A stretch of DNA of 63,996 bases from assembly GCA_002633005.1 (NCBI GenBank), contig NMRA01000078.1, positions 186,005-250,000 of the forward strand, written 5' to 3'. Each line of letters starts with the position of its first letter. Position 1 is the first letter of the stretch. Below are positions 61,218 to 63,996 of the stretch, one piece after another. A program made the position numbers and the translations under genes. Source of the stretch: Phoronis australis (taxonomy: Eukaryota; Animalia; Phoronida). Under the pieces are notes generated by a model. It saw only the letters and a list, made by a program, of their open reading frames with translations, had not been told where the DNA came from and searched no databases.

Positions 61218-63668
61218 ATGACGGCACTTTGTAAAGTAGCAGTGTTCTGTTGCTACGTCGTAACTTTGTTTTTTCTTCCTAGTAAAACGAGCGATGTAAT
61301 ATCTACGGAAGAGTTTTTCCACCGCGTGGCATTGAGAGACAACTTCTACGAGCTGTACTGGAACTACGACGATGAGTACATGACATTTCTGGTCTTTGCT
61401 CGGACCAGGGGATACATTTCCTTTGGATTTTCACCGGACGGAAAATTAAGAGGGTCCGACTTCTTCATAGCAGGTGTAGAAGACCGTGATCCATATTACG
61501 ACGTGAGTAAAACGAGCGTGGATTTAATTCTTATCGAGTGTTTGAGGTATAAAATACAACTACGAAAAAAAAAAACGGCATTGAACGCTATCAATTTAAT
61601 ATTTGAGTCGTATAAATACTTTCAGCTTGGTTTGCAAATTAAGCTCCTGCCAAAAACGAGTTTGCAGCTAAATAAATGCTGTCGATTTTTTAATTTTGAT
61701 ATACAAGATTTCTCAATGCCGCAAACAAAATCATTTCAGCTTTAGAATGTACAGCAATTGTGTGTTACACGTAGAAACGTGACGCTTAAAACATTCGCGA
61801 GTGATGCACAGCATATCAGGCGCTATAAACCCGCACCCTCCGTCGAAAAACGACTTTTGATTTAGATCAGGTAGCGATAAAAATCGATTTCACCTTGTTC
61901 CCTAGTCGAATTAGAAATGATTTCTAGACCTGGGAAGAGCTGGCAGGCCCTTGCTGCTTCAGAATAGGGTCGTGGCGAGTAACTCCCGGGAAGAGGGGGT
62001 CAAGATGCCTACAGACGTGTACCAAAAATTGCCGAGAGAACCCTTATATTGCGCGTGCCAGGTCTGTTAATTCCCACCCCTTTTGCGGGGTAGATTTTTC
62101 TGCAGGAAAGACGGCCAGTGCGTCTTTTGCGGGGCTGAGGCCTGTGCAGTGGGTCTTTTGCTGAGACGAAATGGAAGTCCAGGGGTCTATCGGATCCCGC
62201 GCGGGTCCTGCAAAACTTGATGAAAAAGTGCCGCCTACCCGTAATTTTTGATACACGCCTGCAGGCACCTTGTCAATATGAGTGACCCCGGGGGTAACTT
62301 TCAGTAACCAATGCAGTGTGGCCGTCAATAGAATACCAGGCGATTCACGTATTCAGTGTAACCAGTATTGCAATTCCATCAAAGGATGCAAATGCGATGA
62401 CGTTGGTTTGGAAAAGCAAAAAACGCAGGGGGCCCGGCCCCCCCTTGGCTGCCGCACTGAAAAAAATAAAACAGCGAGTAGAGCGTAGGGAAATCACGCT
62501 GAGTTTATTAATTAACCCCGGTAATTAAAATTGTACTGATGAAACAAGATTTAAATTTAGTGTTTGGGGGGAGGGGGGGGGGGGGGGGGGGGGCTNGGAA
62601 CACGGCGCATTCGTAACGGAACTATGGCTAAGTACAAGCTCTCCCGCGATATCCCAGGCGACCGTCAGTGGCGCTGCGCACTACGACTCCGTTTCCGTCG
62701 TCTGCTCCACTGTGCAATGAAGAAAATTTATTTCATTTTTTAAAGAAAATGGAACCTGAGTGACGATGAAAAAATAGAAAATGCTGGTAAGATGTAAATT
62801 TTAATCGTGAATTGGTGAATCACTTAGAAACTCATAATTCTCTCTTTGTCAAACCTAACTTAAGACGATTTCTAAAGCAATCCCGTCATTACTGCCAACA
62901 TGAAAAACGGATTTGGTCTTTTGGGCATTTGAAGACTATTTTAAATACAACGAATTTGTTAAGAACCGATTGCACAAAATATAAAACGTGTAATAAGCAT
63001 TACAAAAAGAAGTAGGTTTCGCGCGCAAACGCTGTGGACCATAAACAAGTAGGTCTTGTAGCACTCCATTCGTAGCTAAGTCGTTGTGGTATAGTGGTTA
63101 AGCACGCGCGCTCTATCTCACAGGTCGTGAGTTCGAGTCTGTTATATACACGGTTTTTCCTGTTTAACACGTTCTCCGTGTTTTTTTTGCCTTTTTTCTT
63201 GGATAATATTTCAGGAATCACGGAAAATGCTTGATTTTTAAAGGAAAAAACAGAAAAATTTCCAGGGCCTCCCCCCATTCCGTGCTATACGCATCTACAA
63301 TCGTGGGGTGCATAAATGCTTACAGCCGTACAAAATGTTGGGCCCCCCTTGTGATATCCTAGATCCGCCACTGAAATTACAAAACATTTGAACACTTCAT
63401 GCTTGCTGGCCGGGGGCACTACATTGTTCGCGCATTCACCGTGTTGTAGGACTACCATATAAACTGGGACTACGATGAGGAGGACGAAAGGGATGAATAT
63501 CGGGACAGGTTGTATCGCCTGCAAGACGGCGAACGTCATGTGATGCCGGACACGGACTGGGTGGAAGACTGGGAGTTGTTGGAAGCGCGAGAAAACTTCA
63601 CACACACGGGCGTCAAGTTCAGGAGACGATTCGAAACGTGTGATCTGGAAGAAGACGTGATTATTACG
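61218..63668 (+). CDS. DOMON-domain protein, DBH-like monooxygenase (MOXD1-like); first two coding exons, gene continues past the window
   Basis: Exon 61218-61502: signal peptide, then YELYWNYDDEYMTF.V.ARTRGYISFGFSPDG...SDFFIAGV, donor GTGAGT. Exon 63450-63668: DWELLEARENFTHTGVKFRRRFETCD..D..IT, donor GTGAGG. Phase-0 join. Matches the N-terminal DOMON domain of MOXD1/DBH; the catalytic domains are not visible. Confidence 0.8.
63080..63142 (+). pseudogene. tRNA-derived fragment
   Basis: A-box TGGTATAGTGGTTA and B-box GAGTTCGAGTC; no complete cloverleaf. Confidence 0.45.
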
Positions 63669-63996
63669 GTGAGGACTGCACCGTCTCCACTTGAAGTATA
63701 ATAATCTCAACAAAAATTTTTAAGTTTGAGTAAGAATTGCTAGCCTCTAACACCCCCTCATATTTTGGAAAGGTCTCAGTCGTGACAGGGACACGACTAG
63801 GAACTATTGCTGATTTTGGGGCAATTATACTTCATGCGTGCACCCAGCCTTTAATATGGGAAGGCTCGAATTTCCGACGATGTGGACCTTTTACCGACAA
63901 AAAGCCGAAAGACTAAAAAAATGGGGTACCACGTCCAGGGCTGGGAATTGTGCGTTTGCGCCTTTTAAGTGGACTTATTTTCTCGTTTTCTCGGGC

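Noticed and set aside
22376-62596. Isolated N bases (about 22376, 53516, 62596) and long poly-G/C runs
   Set aside because: Probably sequencing or assembly ambiguity; two of the three lie in or beside homopolymers.

Overview
Low-GC eukaryotic genomic DNA with spliceosomal introns, probably from a marine invertebrate deuterostome (inference only). I hand-spliced four genes. (1) ATG7, minus strand: 17 coding exons, 14376 to 159, with the last exon outside the window. (2) A GEX1/KAR5/Brambleberry-family nuclear-envelope fusion protein, plus strand: 6 coding exons, 18478-25082, about 546 aa, head-to-head with ATG7, with a decayed THAP fragment between them. (3) A C3orf20/FAM194-domain gene, minus strand: about 17 exons, 58102 to 30873, with a U12-type intron and an RFX X-box upstream. 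(4) The first two coding exons of a DOMON-domain MOXD1/DBH-like gene, plus strand, from 61218. Introns and intergenic DNA hold many MITEs, minisatellites, tRNA-derived fragments and two hammerhead-like motifs. The most notable pattern is four, possibly five, unrelated tandem repeats that each copy an exon's 3' end plus its splice donor. Most short ORFs in the supplied track are non-coding or are exon fragments.
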